A stretch of DNA of 64,000 nucleotides, taken from the IMG/VR virus record IMGVR_UViG_3300028833_000064, positions 32,001 to 96,000 of that record; one strand, 5' to 3'. The stretch comes from a virus (lineage: Duplodnaviria; Caudoviricetes). Position numbers and translations under genes: made by a program. The notes beneath the pieces are model-generated. The model did not search any database and was not told the DNA's origin. It worked only from the letters and a program-made list of their open reading frames with translations. Shown piece after piece: positions 55,816-64,000 of the stretch; within the stretch, counting starts at the first letter, position 1; each line of letters opens with the position of its first letter.

Positions 55816-56397
55816 TTATTCTGTTAATTCTTCGATTTCTTTTGATATTTGTTCTTGTACTTCCTTAATGATGTTTGGTGCAACAATCTCTGGTGTAATC
55901 GGTTCTAGTGTGATGTCTTCCGTTTTATCACCTTTTTCGTTATTGCAGACAACACACATCGTCTGATAGTTATCGAGTTTATCTTTCCCACCTTTGGAGC
56001 GTGGTATAATATGGTCTTTTGTCATAAGGACATACTGACCATCGGGTTTCTGACCGATAAGTTCAAGATGGTAGTGTGGGTTGGGTGTACCTTTTTTACC
56101 TTTGTTTTTTACCATGATGAAGAATTTTCCTTCTGCACCACAGACCACACACTTCATTCCCTTTGTGAAGAATAGTTGCAGTCTCTGTGAGTTCGCTTTC
56201 ACTTCCTCACCGTCGATTTCCACTCGTTTCCTACATCCGGTCAAGTATTTTTTCCCCTTTTTGTTCTCCCTACATTCGATATAGTTTGAGAACAAACTGT
56301 CTTTCACTGCTTCATGTACTTCCTCAATCGAGTATATTTTGTCACGAACTATGACACTATCGGGAACTCCGAAAACTTCAATTCCGTTGATATTCAT
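55816..56397 (-). CDS. HNH endonuclease
   Basis: CVVCG; DHIIPRSKGG..N..CVVCNNEKG. Confidence 0.88.
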   Translation of the reverse strand: MNINGIEVFGVPDSVIVRDKIYSIEEVHEAVKDSLFSNYIECRENKKGKKYLTGCRKRVEIDGEEVKANSQRLQLFFTKGMKCVVCGAEGKFFIMVKNKGKKGTPNPHYHLELIGQKPDGQYVLMTKDHIIPRSKGGKDKLDNYQTMCVVCNNEKGDKTEDITLEPITPEIVAPNIIKEVQEQISKEIEELTE

Positions 56398-56981
56398 ATT
56401 TTACACTCTTTCAAGATGTTTAACGTTATAATATCGTTGTTCTGATGAGCCATATCGTTCAGTTTTTCCAAATCAAATTCTTCCTTTTGGAATTTGAACT
56501 GAATCCAGTTCGGCTCATGTTCACGGTAATCGAGACGAGATTTTGGTTCGTCTGTTTCCAGAACAAGTTTCACCATTCTGAGAAGTCTTTCACCGGCGAG
56601 TTTCGATTTCACAAAACCAGAAAGGTCGTAACTGACTCCACGAGATACCCAATACTCACCTTCTTCTGGTCTTTCGTCTGGGGCGACGTAATGGATACGC
56701 TGATTATACTCTCCCGTAAAATTGGTATTTAGTCTGAATGTCATACCGATTCTTGAACCAAAGGCAGTAGATGTGTAATCCACACAGAACAATTCATTAT
56801 CTGATTCTATGAATACGGGTGTTTCATATATGTTTCTGTTGTTTCGGTTTGCTGTTTGTATAGCGCCTTCAACATATTCAAACAATTCACCTAGTGATAA
56901 AGTTTTAATACCTTTATCCTTTTCATCCTCACTTTTATATTGAGAACATTCGTAGTTTTTATATTTTTCACCTAAATACAT
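56394..56981 (-). CDS. Hypothetical protein B
   Basis: ATGA overlap. Confidence 0.7.
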   Translation of the reverse strand: MYLGEKYKNYECSQYKSEDEKDKGIKTLSLGELFEYVEGAIQTANRNNRNIYETPVFIESDNELFCVDYTSTAFGSRIGMTFRLNTNFTGEYNQRIHYVAPDERPEEGEYWVSRGVSYDLSGFVKSKLAGERLLRMVKLVLETDEPKSRLDYREHEPNWIQFKFQKEEFDLEKLNDMAHQNNDIITLNILKECKI

Positions 56982-57042
56982 AGCTAATTAATCATTTTAA
57001 TCATTTGATATACAACTGACCCCATAATTTTAATCATCTTCA

Positions 57043-57303
57043 TCATATAATGAATTTTACAGTGTCTCCAATATGGTATGATGAATTTTTAGTTTCAAAA
57101 AAGAACTCTTTACCAGCAAGTTCAAAGAAATCATAACAGAATAATAATTGTTCATTGATGTCTCTTAGATATACGTTATAAGTTCCTTCTTGATAAGAAT
57201 ACTCAACTCTAATAACAATACCTTTATCATTCTTTAAATGCTGAGTACAACTACTAAAACAAATTATTACTAAAAGTAATAGTAAAAATTTAATCTTTTT
57301 CAT
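57043..57303 (-). CDS. Lipoprotein
   Basis: Lipobox FSSC. Confidence 0.7.
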   Translation of the reverse strand: MKKIKFLLLLLVIICFSSCTQHLKNDKGIVIRVEYSYQEGTYNVYLRDINEQLLFCYDFFELAGKEFFFETKNSSYHIGDTVKFII

Positions 57304-57343
57304 TTTTATATTTTCTTATATGTTTCCCAATGTTTTTTTTTTA

Positions 57344-57353
57344 AAAGATACTA
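57344..57353 (-). promoter_or_regulatory. Class II motif variant CCTAGTATCTTT
   Basis: Core TAGTATCTTT. Confidence 0.5.
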
Positions 57354-57369
57354 GGTAGTGTGAAACTAC

Positions 57370-57773
57370 TCACATCTCATTGTCTTCCACCAAAGAACTA
57401 TGGTTATGTTTGAATTCATTACTTTCTACACAATCCATAATGTAGTCCATAGAATATATGGTAAACATTTTTTTGGCCTTTTCGGCCTCTTTTTTTGTAT
57501 TGAAAAGAAAAATTGATTTGCAGTAGTTTGTTATTTTTTTCCAAGCGAAATAATCAATTTCGTGTACTGCAATACCTTTGTCTGTGGTTTCACTGAATGA
57601 GAGAATCCACTTTGATGGTGCCGCTGCAAGATTTATCTCATCCTCTTCAATATCTCTCTTTTCAATTTCATTGTACAACACATAAGTGACATGGTTCTGA
57701 TACCTTCATCCTTTTCCTCATCGGACTTATACTGGTCACAATGATAGTTTTGAAATCTTTTACCGAGAATCAT
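57370..57773 (-). pseudogene. Chimeric remnant: N-terminus of a B paralog joined out of frame to the C-terminus of an A paralog
   Basis: MILGKRFQNYHCDQYKSDEEKDEGIRTMSL ~ 56981 N-terminus; WILSFS..IAVHEID..FLFNT..EA ~ 58385 C-terminus. Confidence 0.65.
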
Positions 57774-57776
57774 AAT

Positions 57777-58385
57777 CTATCCCTCCACTTGATTAATTTT
57801 TGAACTTTTCTTGCCGTGGTTCACGTAGTTGATGATGTGCCCCATACTTGTTGATGCAAACATTTCGGAAACTTGGACGGCCTCGGCGAGTGTGTCGAAC
57901 ACAAACATCTCTTTCCACGTACCTTGAATCTTGTTCTCAAAACTAAGTTGGTCGATTTGGTGGATGGCAGGTCGTGCATTTGTACGTGAGTTTGAGAAGG
58001 ATATGATATACCTTTCTTTGGCCTCTCGTAGAGAACTCTCCGAGACGATGAGACCTTTGTCGTTTGAGTTTATGCCAACAACCTTATATTTAGTATAGAG
58101 CATGTTGTTTTTGATTTCGTGGATGACCTCTTTCACCTCATATATAGAGTGGAGATACTTGTTTCTTTCGTTTGGATTGAAACACACCTTGTCTCCAACC
58201 TTGTAGAGGTCTGGAACGTTGCTCTCGTATGAGATTTCAAAGTAGTCTTTGTTGTTGAAGTCAATGAACGGATAATTTCTCTTGAGTTCCTCAAGTCTGA
58301 ATTTCTTACCTTTTGTTATGGTACCGTCAATGTCACGTTTTACGGTGACAACCGATATATACTTTTTTCCTTTTGGTTCTTTCAT
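57777..58385 (-). CDS. Hypothetical protein A
   Basis: YKVGDKV; tiling. Confidence 0.7.
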   Translation of the reverse strand: MKEPKGKKYISVVTVKRDIDGTITKGKKFRLEELKRNYPFIDFNNKDYFEISYESNVPDLYKVGDKVCFNPNERNKYLHSIYEVKEVIHEIKNNMLYTKYKVVGINSNDKGLIVSESSLREAKERYIISFSNSRTNARPAIHQIDQLSFENKIQGTWKEMFVFDTLAEAVQVSEMFASTSMGHIINYVNHGKKSSKINQVEG

Positions 58386-58406
58386 TTCTTTTTTATTTTT
58401 GTGTGT

Positions 58407-58601
58407 TTATTTTTCTGCTATTGCTTCTGCTTGTATTTTTTCAATAATCTCGTCGGCAGACTCTTTCACCTCCACATTACCCATCCCATATATGAGAACG
58501 GTTGTTGGGTCTGTGTAGTTCTTTTTTCTCGGAACGGCAGCAATTTTACGGCTGCTATCGAGTTTAATGGGGTTTCCATTCAAATCGTGTAAAACAATCA
58601 T
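58407..58601 (-). CDS. FlbD-like small protein
   Basis: MI.L..LNG..I.L...VKES.DEI.EKI. Confidence 0.55.
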   Translation of the reverse strand: MIVLHDLNGNPIKLDSSRKIAAVPRKKNYTDPTTVLIYGMGNVEVKESADEIIEKIQAEAIAEK

Positions 58602-58615
58602 AGTGTTATTTTTTT

Positions 58616-58957
58616 TTATTCGTTTAAGGCAATTTCTTGAGATGGATGAGGTTCGGGTGTACCCTGTGATTCATCAAACGAGGGGTGTTTCTTATTCTGT
58701 TCTTTTTTGAATGGACACCAGTCTGGAATATCACATTTTTCACTCCAATGAACAGTCGTGTCAATATACTTCCCGAAATTGTTGTTGAATTTTGATTGTT
58801 CGGTATGACTATTGTCGGTTTTGTCAGACTTGCAATAGAACTCATAGTTGGGTTCGTCAAAACTGTCGAAACAGCAACGCCTATCTTCTTTCTTGTGGCA
58901 GAAAGGGCACTCGTTGCAATATTCAACATTGGTTGTTTGTGTCACTATAACTCCCAT
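58616..58957 (-). CDS. Cys-rich hypothetical protein
   Basis: CNECPF..IPDWCP. Confidence 0.7.
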   Translation of the reverse strand: MGVIVTQTTNVEYCNECPFCHKKEDRRCCFDSFDEPNYEFYCKSDKTDNSHTEQSKFNNNFGKYIDTTVHWSEKCDIPDWCPFKKEQNKKHPSFDESQGTPEPHPSQEIALNE

Positions 58958-58969
58958 ATTCTTATTCTT

Positions 58970-59848
58970 TTAAATTGTTTCTAAAATACTTTTCACATAA
59001 TCAAGATGTTCCTGAGTCATCTGCTTACCAGCATAATTGACAAGGAGGAATGTCTTGAGGACATCATCGTCAGTCGTTCTGCAATTCATAGTCGCCAGTG
59101 TGAAGCATGTAACGAAGCGAAAATCATGTCTGGCAATTAACGACATATCTGAGAAGTACTTACCATTAAGGTCGGGATACTTGTCATTTACAAACTCAAT
59201 AAGAGCATTCAGACGCTGTTTTCCATCCACGATGTCGTAGAAAGCAATTTCTTCATCATCGTTTTTCAAAGTTTTCTCAACTTCGTCGTATGAATGTTCC
59301 CTTAATACAATCTTACCACAGTCTACACCACGGTAGACTGACTCAATGAGTTGTTTTTTCTCATCAAGAGACCAACAGAAGTCACGCTGGTAATATTGCT
59401 TTTCACCATCTTTGTTGATAACGTATGGATTCCAATTCAGAAACTTGACTGGCAAGATTCTTCCAGTTTTGGATTTTACTGTCCATTCATTCTCGGGTCT
59501 TTGACCATATTCTCCAATCGTGTTGAGTAAAGAACTGATACAACAAGGCATAAAATTTATTTTCGGCATTTGAATTGTTTCCGAGAATGGATTGTAACCC
59601 ACATACCAAGGGTCTTTCTCCAAGTCCGATATATTCAACTCAAAGGTTTCCTCGTTACATGTTATAGAACTATCTTTGATTCTTACAATACATTTTCCAT
59701 TTGATAAAATTTCTTCAACAATGGCGTGTATCGTCTTATTCTTTTCTTCAAACGGTTTAACCAATTCAAGTGGAAACTCAACATAGTCACCAACTTGTAT
59801 TGGAGTATCCATATATTCCTTAGCCTCTTTTGATAGTTTGTCTGCCAT
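58970..59848 (-). CDS. DUF262 domain protein with extra N-terminal domain
   Basis: YQRDFCW, IVDGKQRL, FLLVN; paralog of 25773. Confidence 0.8.
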   Translation of the reverse strand: MADKLSKEAKEYMDTPIQVGDYVEFPLELVKPFEEKNKTIHAIVEEILSNGKCIVRIKDSSITCNEETFELNISDLEKDPWYVGYNPFSETIQMPKINFMPCCISSLLNTIGEYGQRPENEWTVKSKTGRILPVKFLNWNPYVINKDGEKQYYQRDFCWSLDEKKQLIESVYRGVDCGKIVLREHSYDEVEKTLKNDDEEIAFYDIVDGKQRLNALIEFVNDKYPDLNGKYFSDMSLIARHDFRFVTCFTLATMNCRTTDDDVLKTFLLVNYAGKQMTQEHLDYVKSILETI

Positions 59849-59866
59849 AATTTTTTCCTTTTTTTA

Positions 59867-59878
59867 AAAGATACTATT
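59867..59878 (-). promoter_or_regulatory. Class II promoter-like motif
   Basis: AATAGTATCTTT. Confidence 0.65.
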
Positions 59879-59895
59879 TTTAATTGAGAAAATAA

Positions 59896-59927
59896 AAAAA
59901 AGGAGGATTTTTTTAAATCCTCCTTTT
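59896..59927 (-). terminator. Rho-independent terminator
   Basis: AAAAGGAGGATTT...AAATCCTCCTTTT. Confidence 0.7.
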
Positions 59928-60294
59928 AATACGTTTCATCATTGTCGGTTTCTTCTTCTACTTTTGGTGGCAACTTTATAACACCCAAAGACCTTATGAA
60001 GTCATACGACCACAAACCATTGGCAGAAAGTGTGCATAAAACGAATGTGATTACAAAATTAAACCAACTTTTAAAAGAATTAACTTGGAAATCTGCAAAC
60101 ATTCCTGTTTCGTAGAAGTGACCCATTAAAAGTGCAAGACCACAACATACTATTGATACAACTAGACTAAGAATTTGTTTCGGCAATTTCTTGTTGGGAA
60201 ATTTTTCGTCAAGTTTCAATTTGTTTTTCAATAACTGTGTGAGTGCAATCACCAATGCAGTGACACCGGCAAAACTAAAGTCAAGTTCAATCAT
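59926..60294 (-). CDS. Holin-like 3-TM protein
   Basis: TQLLK..SANGLWS, charged tail. Confidence 0.5.
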   Translation of the reverse strand: MIELDFSFAGVTALVIALTQLLKNKLKLDEKFPNKKLPKQILSLVVSIVCCGLALLMGHFYETGMFADFQVNSFKSWFNFVITFVLCTLSANGLWSYDFIRSLGVIKLPPKVEEETDNDETY

Positions 60295-60314
60295 TGTTTT
60301 TATTTATTGTTGTA

Positions 60315-60539
60315 TCAGAAGAAATTTGACAATCTACTGAAAATATTCTTTATCCATTTAGGATACAACTCACCGTGTCTTTTGATATGTCTTTCGATAC
60401 AGTCTTCAATTATGTTGCTTATAATAAAGAACATAATCCAAAGACATGCAAGGAAAACATATAGTGTAATAAACGGCAGTGATACAATTATTAGCAATAT
60501 CGTCAAAAATCTAAAAAATATTATCTTTATCTTATTCAT
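60315..60539 (-). CDS. Small membrane protein
   Basis: Hydrophobic. Confidence 0.6.
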   Translation of the reverse strand: MNKIKIIFFRFLTILLIIVSLPFITLYVFLACLWIMFFIISNIIEDCIERHIKRHGELYPKWIKNIFSRLSNFF

Positions 60540-60541
60540 AT

Positions 60542-60802
60542 TTATGGACGTATATATTTTATAATTTTGTCGGTCGTAGATGTCACCACTTCTACAATTT
60601 CCAATTCAAGATTGATTGGATTCACACGATGTTCTGCATGAAGACATAATGATAGACAAGCAACTTTTGCACCAGCGATATTTTTGAATATTTTTGCTCT
60701 TTTAAAATCACCGAATGAAGAATGATAAAATGTATCCGAACCATTATAATAGTCCTTTTCTTCGACTCTTCTTATAACATATCTATTTTTAATCTCTTCC
60801 AT
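60542..60802 (-). CDS. Hypothetical protein
   Basis: Tiling. Confidence 0.6.
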   Translation of the reverse strand: MEEIKNRYVIRRVEEKDYYNGSDTFYHSSFGDFKRAKIFKNIAGAKVACLSLCLHAEHRVNPINLELEIVEVVTSTTDKIIKYIRP

Positions 60803-61043
60803 AACTTAAAGCTTTTGTTCTTGTTATAATGAAATAAGATTTTTCATCGTTATCACCACACTTTGTAACTATTTTTAAAAGATTATCATCTATTCTTTTC
60901 ATTTCTATATATTTATAGTTGAGATAAAGATGATACAATGCATCACCAATTTTTTCGAAAAATAATTGATTTGTAAGTCCGAAAGAATTTATGTAAACAC
61001 TTCCATCTTCATTCGTCCGTTCTAAATATATTATATCATTCAT
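60789..61043 (-). CDS. Hypothetical protein
   Basis: Tiling. Confidence 0.6.
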   Translation of the reverse strand: MNDIIYLERTNEDGSVYINSFGLTNQLFFEKIGDALYHLYLNYKYIEMKRIDDNLLKIVTKCGDNDEKSYFIITRTKALSYGRD

Positions 61044-61650
61044 CTTCGTCGTCGTTTAAAAAATCACAAATTATTTCATCATTTAGTTCCCAATTGTGTA
61101 TCTTACCATTTTCGTCTATGTTTATTATGATATAGTCACCATAACCACTATCTTCTATCGATAAGAAGTCTGGGACATAACACCAATGTACTTCTCTGAG
61201 TAGATTTCCACCGAGTCCGAAAAATGAAATATTATTCTCATCACAAGATTTATAATGCACTTGTGCAGTCATGCCGGTTGGCCAGTTTTTAATCACTCCT
61301 GTATTTGCATCGATGTCGATTGTCCAAAGCACTTCATCTTCATCTACTTTTTCAATGAAAGGCATTCTTGGATGGTTTTCGTCATCATCTTCACCATTGA
61401 TGGTTGTATCTCCAACATATCTTATATTTGAATGTAATCTGATGAATCCGATTTCTGACATGTGTGGGATATATTTATTTTTTTCATCGTCTTTTCTATT
61501 AATATATTCGTCTGGTGTTTCGAAATATTTTGGAGACACACACCATCCTGAGTCTTTTAGGACTTTTATTTCTTTATTGTTCGATAAAAAGGTGTCAAGG
61601 TCATCTTTTGTCGTACATTCGGCAATAATTGTTATAATTTTTTCATTCAT
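61036..61650 (-). CDS. Hypothetical phage protein
   Basis: NWP..VHYKSCDE..YVP..GYGDYI.INID. Confidence 0.75.
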   Translation of the reverse strand: MNEKIITIIAECTTKDDLDTFLSNNKEIKVLKDSGWCVSPKYFETPDEYINRKDDEKNKYIPHMSEIGFIRLHSNIRYVGDTTINGEDDDENHPRMPFIEKVDEDEVLWTIDIDANTGVIKNWPTGMTAQVHYKSCDENNISFFGLGGNLLREVHWCYVPDFLSIEDSGYGDYIIINIDENGKIHNWELNDEIICDFLNDDEDE

Positions 61651-61653
61651 ATT

Positions 61654-61914
61654 TTACTGTTTATTTGTTTCATTAATTTTTTCTGAAAATCCAACCTTTT
61701 CGGCATCGATAACTTCGATAGAAACGATTGGATAATAACCGTTTAATTTTTCCCAATACACTTTTTCCGCTTCTGAGAAATTTTGTGCAAGTACAATGTA
61801 TGTACTACAATCACAATAATTACAATTCTTCGTTGTAATCCTAAATGCTCTGTTAAAGTCTTTATACATTTTTTCCATTATAAAATTTTTATATCTATAT
61901 TCTAAATATAACAA
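61654..61914 (-). CDS. Hypothetical protein (likely start MEKMYK)
   Basis: Tiling. Confidence 0.55.
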   Translation of the reverse strand: MLYLEYRYKNFIMEKMYKDFNRAFRITTKNCNYCDCSTYIVLAQNFSEAEKVYWEKLNGYYPIVSIEVIDAEKVGFSEKINETNKQ

Positions 61915-61949
61915 AAAAGTTGGTGAAATTTTAATCTCACCAACTTTTT
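61913..61949 (-). terminator. Rho-independent terminator
   Basis: AAAAAGTTGGTGA...TCACCAACTTTTT. Confidence 0.7.
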
Positions 61950-61964
61950 ATTTTTCTTTAATAT

Positions 61965-62387
61965 TCAAGATTCAATCTGAGAAAGACTATACAACAAATC
62001 ATTCATTCTTTTCCTTCTATTTTCAAAATAATCAATCTGAGCTCTCAGTTCTTTCACTCTATAATGTAACGAAGATGATAGTTTTTCAATTTTATTCTTT
62101 TTGTACTCATCTTCAGTATAACCAAATGTTACCCAATAATACATTCGGTGACATTCGGTATTGTTGAAGACAACGAGTTCCTTTTTATTATCGGATAAAT
62201 CATAGATTGTATAATCAGAAAAATTACAAGTATCTTCTGTTATTTTTTCTTTGTCTTCAAAACACTCCTCTATAATGTCTTTAATGATAGGATTACTTCT
62301 CAACTTCTCATCGATGGAATTCAATATTTCCATATCCCAATCTATAATTCTGTTATATTGTTCGGCAAATTCTTGTATCGTTGTCAT
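61965..62387 (-). CDS. Hypothetical protein
   Basis: After class II motif. Confidence 0.65.
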   Translation of the reverse strand: MTTIQEFAEQYNRIIDWDMEILNSIDEKLRSNPIIKDIIEECFEDKEKITEDTCNFSDYTIYDLSDNKKELVVFNNTECHRMYYWVTFGYTEDEYKKNKIEKLSSSLHYRVKELRAQIDYFENRRKRMNDLLYSLSQIES

Positions 62388-62406
62388 ATATTTTTTCTTT
62401 TTTTAA

Positions 62407-62418
62407 AAAGATACTATT
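62407..62418 (-). promoter_or_regulatory. Class II promoter-like motif
   Basis: AATAGTATCTTT. Confidence 0.65.
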
Positions 62419-62422
62419 TTTT

Positions 62423-63445
62423 TTAGAAAAGTTTTCTACATTCATTGGTATATTTCTCGTCCATCGATATGAAGTTATATTTATCGGAATTGTATACCTC
62501 ATTTCTTAAAACTAACGGAGAATGAGAAATTACAATTATCTGGCAACCGTATTTGTCTATGATGGATGGAAATATTTTTGTATACAATTCGTTTACATTG
62601 AGAATGTCAGTCGATTTGTCAATCTCATCGAACAAATATGTGTTCTGACCATTTGGGTCAAACGCCATCGGAAAAGATTTGAAATACTCTTCTTGTGCAA
62701 GAAAACAATTTTTCCAACAGTCATTTGAGTGAATATGTTTTCGATTAGGTTCCAAAATCTCCTTGTATGTTATGGTCTTTGACATAAATTTCATCAACTT
62801 TGAAAACTGATAAAACATTTTTTGACCATTAGAAAACTTATTTTTGGATATCATCCAAGACATTTCTTCTCCTATCGATTCAATAATTGAACCACTTAAA
62901 TCTCCAATCTGACCATAATTTTGTCGATTTTCGAAATTATGGTAATAAATTGGACTACCGTCCCAATCGACTTGGGATGACGTGCCACTCATTCTGAGTA
63001 TTATTTTCGCTATATTTTTTTTATATACTTCTAAAGACCTATCTTCATCAAACCCAAGTCTAAAGTCCATTGGTTGTTGGAATGAAGAAAATCCATCCGT
63101 GCAAAAGGCGTGTGAGGCAATAGACTTTAATATGGTGGATTTTCCTGAAGCGTTGGGTCCGAAGATTAGGTTTATTTTGTCAGAAGAAAATTCAAACACA
63201 CGGCCGACAAGAAGTTTTGAACACTCGACCTTGTATTGACCTTTGTGTTTTTTATAGAATTCCATATCTTCTTTATATCTCTTCATGTCTTGTGAGAATT
63301 TTTCTTCATCCAGAATCCGAATGTGATTTTTGTCATATTTGCTATAACGAAAATCATTCTTATTCGGTTTTTCTGGTTTATCGGCGGTTGTATATTTTTC
63401 ACCGATATAACCCTTTTCTCCGTCAAATAATATACTCTTAATCAT
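62423..63445 (-). CDS. Stand-alone ABC/SMC-type ATPase
   Basis: GPNASGKST, FSNGQ, LFDEID, ISHS. Confidence 0.8.
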   Translation of the reverse strand: MIKSILFDGEKGYIGEKYTTADKPEKPNKNDFRYSKYDKNHIRILDEEKFSQDMKRYKEDMEFYKKHKGQYKVECSKLLVGRVFEFSSDKINLIFGPNASGKSTILKSIASHAFCTDGFSSFQQPMDFRLGFDEDRSLEVYKKNIAKIILRMSGTSSQVDWDGSPIYYHNFENRQNYGQIGDLSGSIIESIGEEMSWMISKNKFSNGQKMFYQFSKLMKFMSKTITYKEILEPNRKHIHSNDCWKNCFLAQEEYFKSFPMAFDPNGQNTYLFDEIDKSTDILNVNELYTKIFPSIIDKYGCQIIVISHSPLVLRNEVYNSDKYNFISMDEKYTNECRKLF

Positions 63446-63717
63446 CTTCTTCCGTGTTTTATTCCTTTTTCTTTTTTTCTTTTTTTCTTGGCTCTATCAA
63501 CCTTATATTTCGCCATATTACCTTTTGTGGTATCCTTATATATGATGTTCGGGACAACTGATGATAAGAAAGACGAGAATTGTGAATTTTCATTGTAATC
63601 CCCACAAGTTTCTGCATTCATATTGTCTGTGTGTCCTGCATTGCACCACCATCTACCAAGGTTTATCTGACAACCGTAATTTGAGCATTTGATACAACGT
63701 TTTTCGTTATCTTCCAT
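63442..63717 (-). CDS. Cys-rich, basic-tail hypothetical protein
   Basis: ATGA overlap. Confidence 0.6.
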   Translation of the reverse strand: MEDNEKRCIKCSNYGCQINLGRWWCNAGHTDNMNAETCGDYNENSQFSSFLSSVVPNIIYKDTTKGNMAKYKVDRAKKKRKKEKGIKHGRR

Positions 63718-63943
63718 CTTTTATTATTTTTATTGCTATCATGTTTGGATGTATTCCGATAATTTCCTTGTTCACGTTACACAACCATATTGTATTTGTC
63801 TTAAATATGTATCTTGATTTTACGATATTGTATGTTGCACCAGCATCATCTTCATCAATCTTATTAATGAGAATGTCAAAATTGTTGACCATAGAGTTGT
63901 GTACTTTATCTACAACACCCTCGTATATTATATCTATATACAC
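63707..63943 (-). CDS. Hypothetical protein
   Basis: Tiling. Confidence 0.55.
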   Translation of the reverse strand: MYIDIIYEGVVDKVHNSMVNNFDILINKIDEDDAGATYNIVKSRYIFKTNTIWLCNVNKEIIGIHPNMIAIKIIKDGR

Positions 63944-64000
63944 ATAACAGTCATTTCCGGTGATTTTTAAAATTTCATCAAGTAGTTTGTCTGAACCATC

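Noticed and set aside
5601-56397. HNH genes as intron-encoded homing endonucleases
   Set aside because: Neither interrupts a recognisable gene and no group I intron structure was seen
1-64000. Complete genome-wide TAG=Gln recoding
   Set aside because: Long conserved genes have no internal TAG and several TAGs behave as true stops; kept only as a partial-readthrough hypothesis
1-64000. DGR, retron or integrase systems
   Set aside because: No reverse transcriptase (YxDD) or recombinase motifs recognised, and no TR/VR pair seen

Overview
64 kb of a large (jumbo-type) bacteriophage genome, most likely infecting a Bacteroidota host. This is inferred from canonical Bacteroidota TTTG...TAnnTTTG promoters, Bacteroidota-style lipoproteins and TonB-C domains. 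About 110 tightly packed, often overlapping genes lie on the minus strand; only one convincing gene is on the plus strand. There are no virion or replisome genes, so this looks like an early/middle accessory region. Recognisable products: an NMN adenylyltransferase, CoaD, MetK, a divergent PurA paralog with a vWA partner, a complete ABC importer whose binding protein carries an OmpA domain, a membrane-anchored PspA/ESCRT-III-like protein next to an outer-membrane beta-barrel, two TonB-C lipoproteins, TerC/Alx and a sigma-70 factor. Also present are RNA-repair/translation-rescue enzymes (Rnl2, a Pnk-like kinase, an RlaP-like double nucleotidyltransferase, a PTH2-like protein), NUDIX, GNAT, a C5 methyltransferase-like protein, two HNH, two DUF262 and a Lar-like protein. 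Non-coding structure: a candidate replication origin at about 8.6-8.8 kb (palindromic 23-24 bp tandem repeats at a GC-skew inversion) next to a hairpin-rich element, five copies of a roughly 150 bp terminator+promoter cassette, and 12 copies of a second promoter-like motif (AATAGTATCTTT). Three reading frames are interrupted by in-frame TAG, and GATC appears strongly avoided. Best candidates for undescribed systems: (i) the Met-rich protein/vWA/non-canonical PurA triad, (ii) the phage envelope module (OM channel, PspA-like protein, SBP-OmpA ABC importer), (iii) possible partial amber read-through. All family calls are motif recognition by eye; no searches were run.
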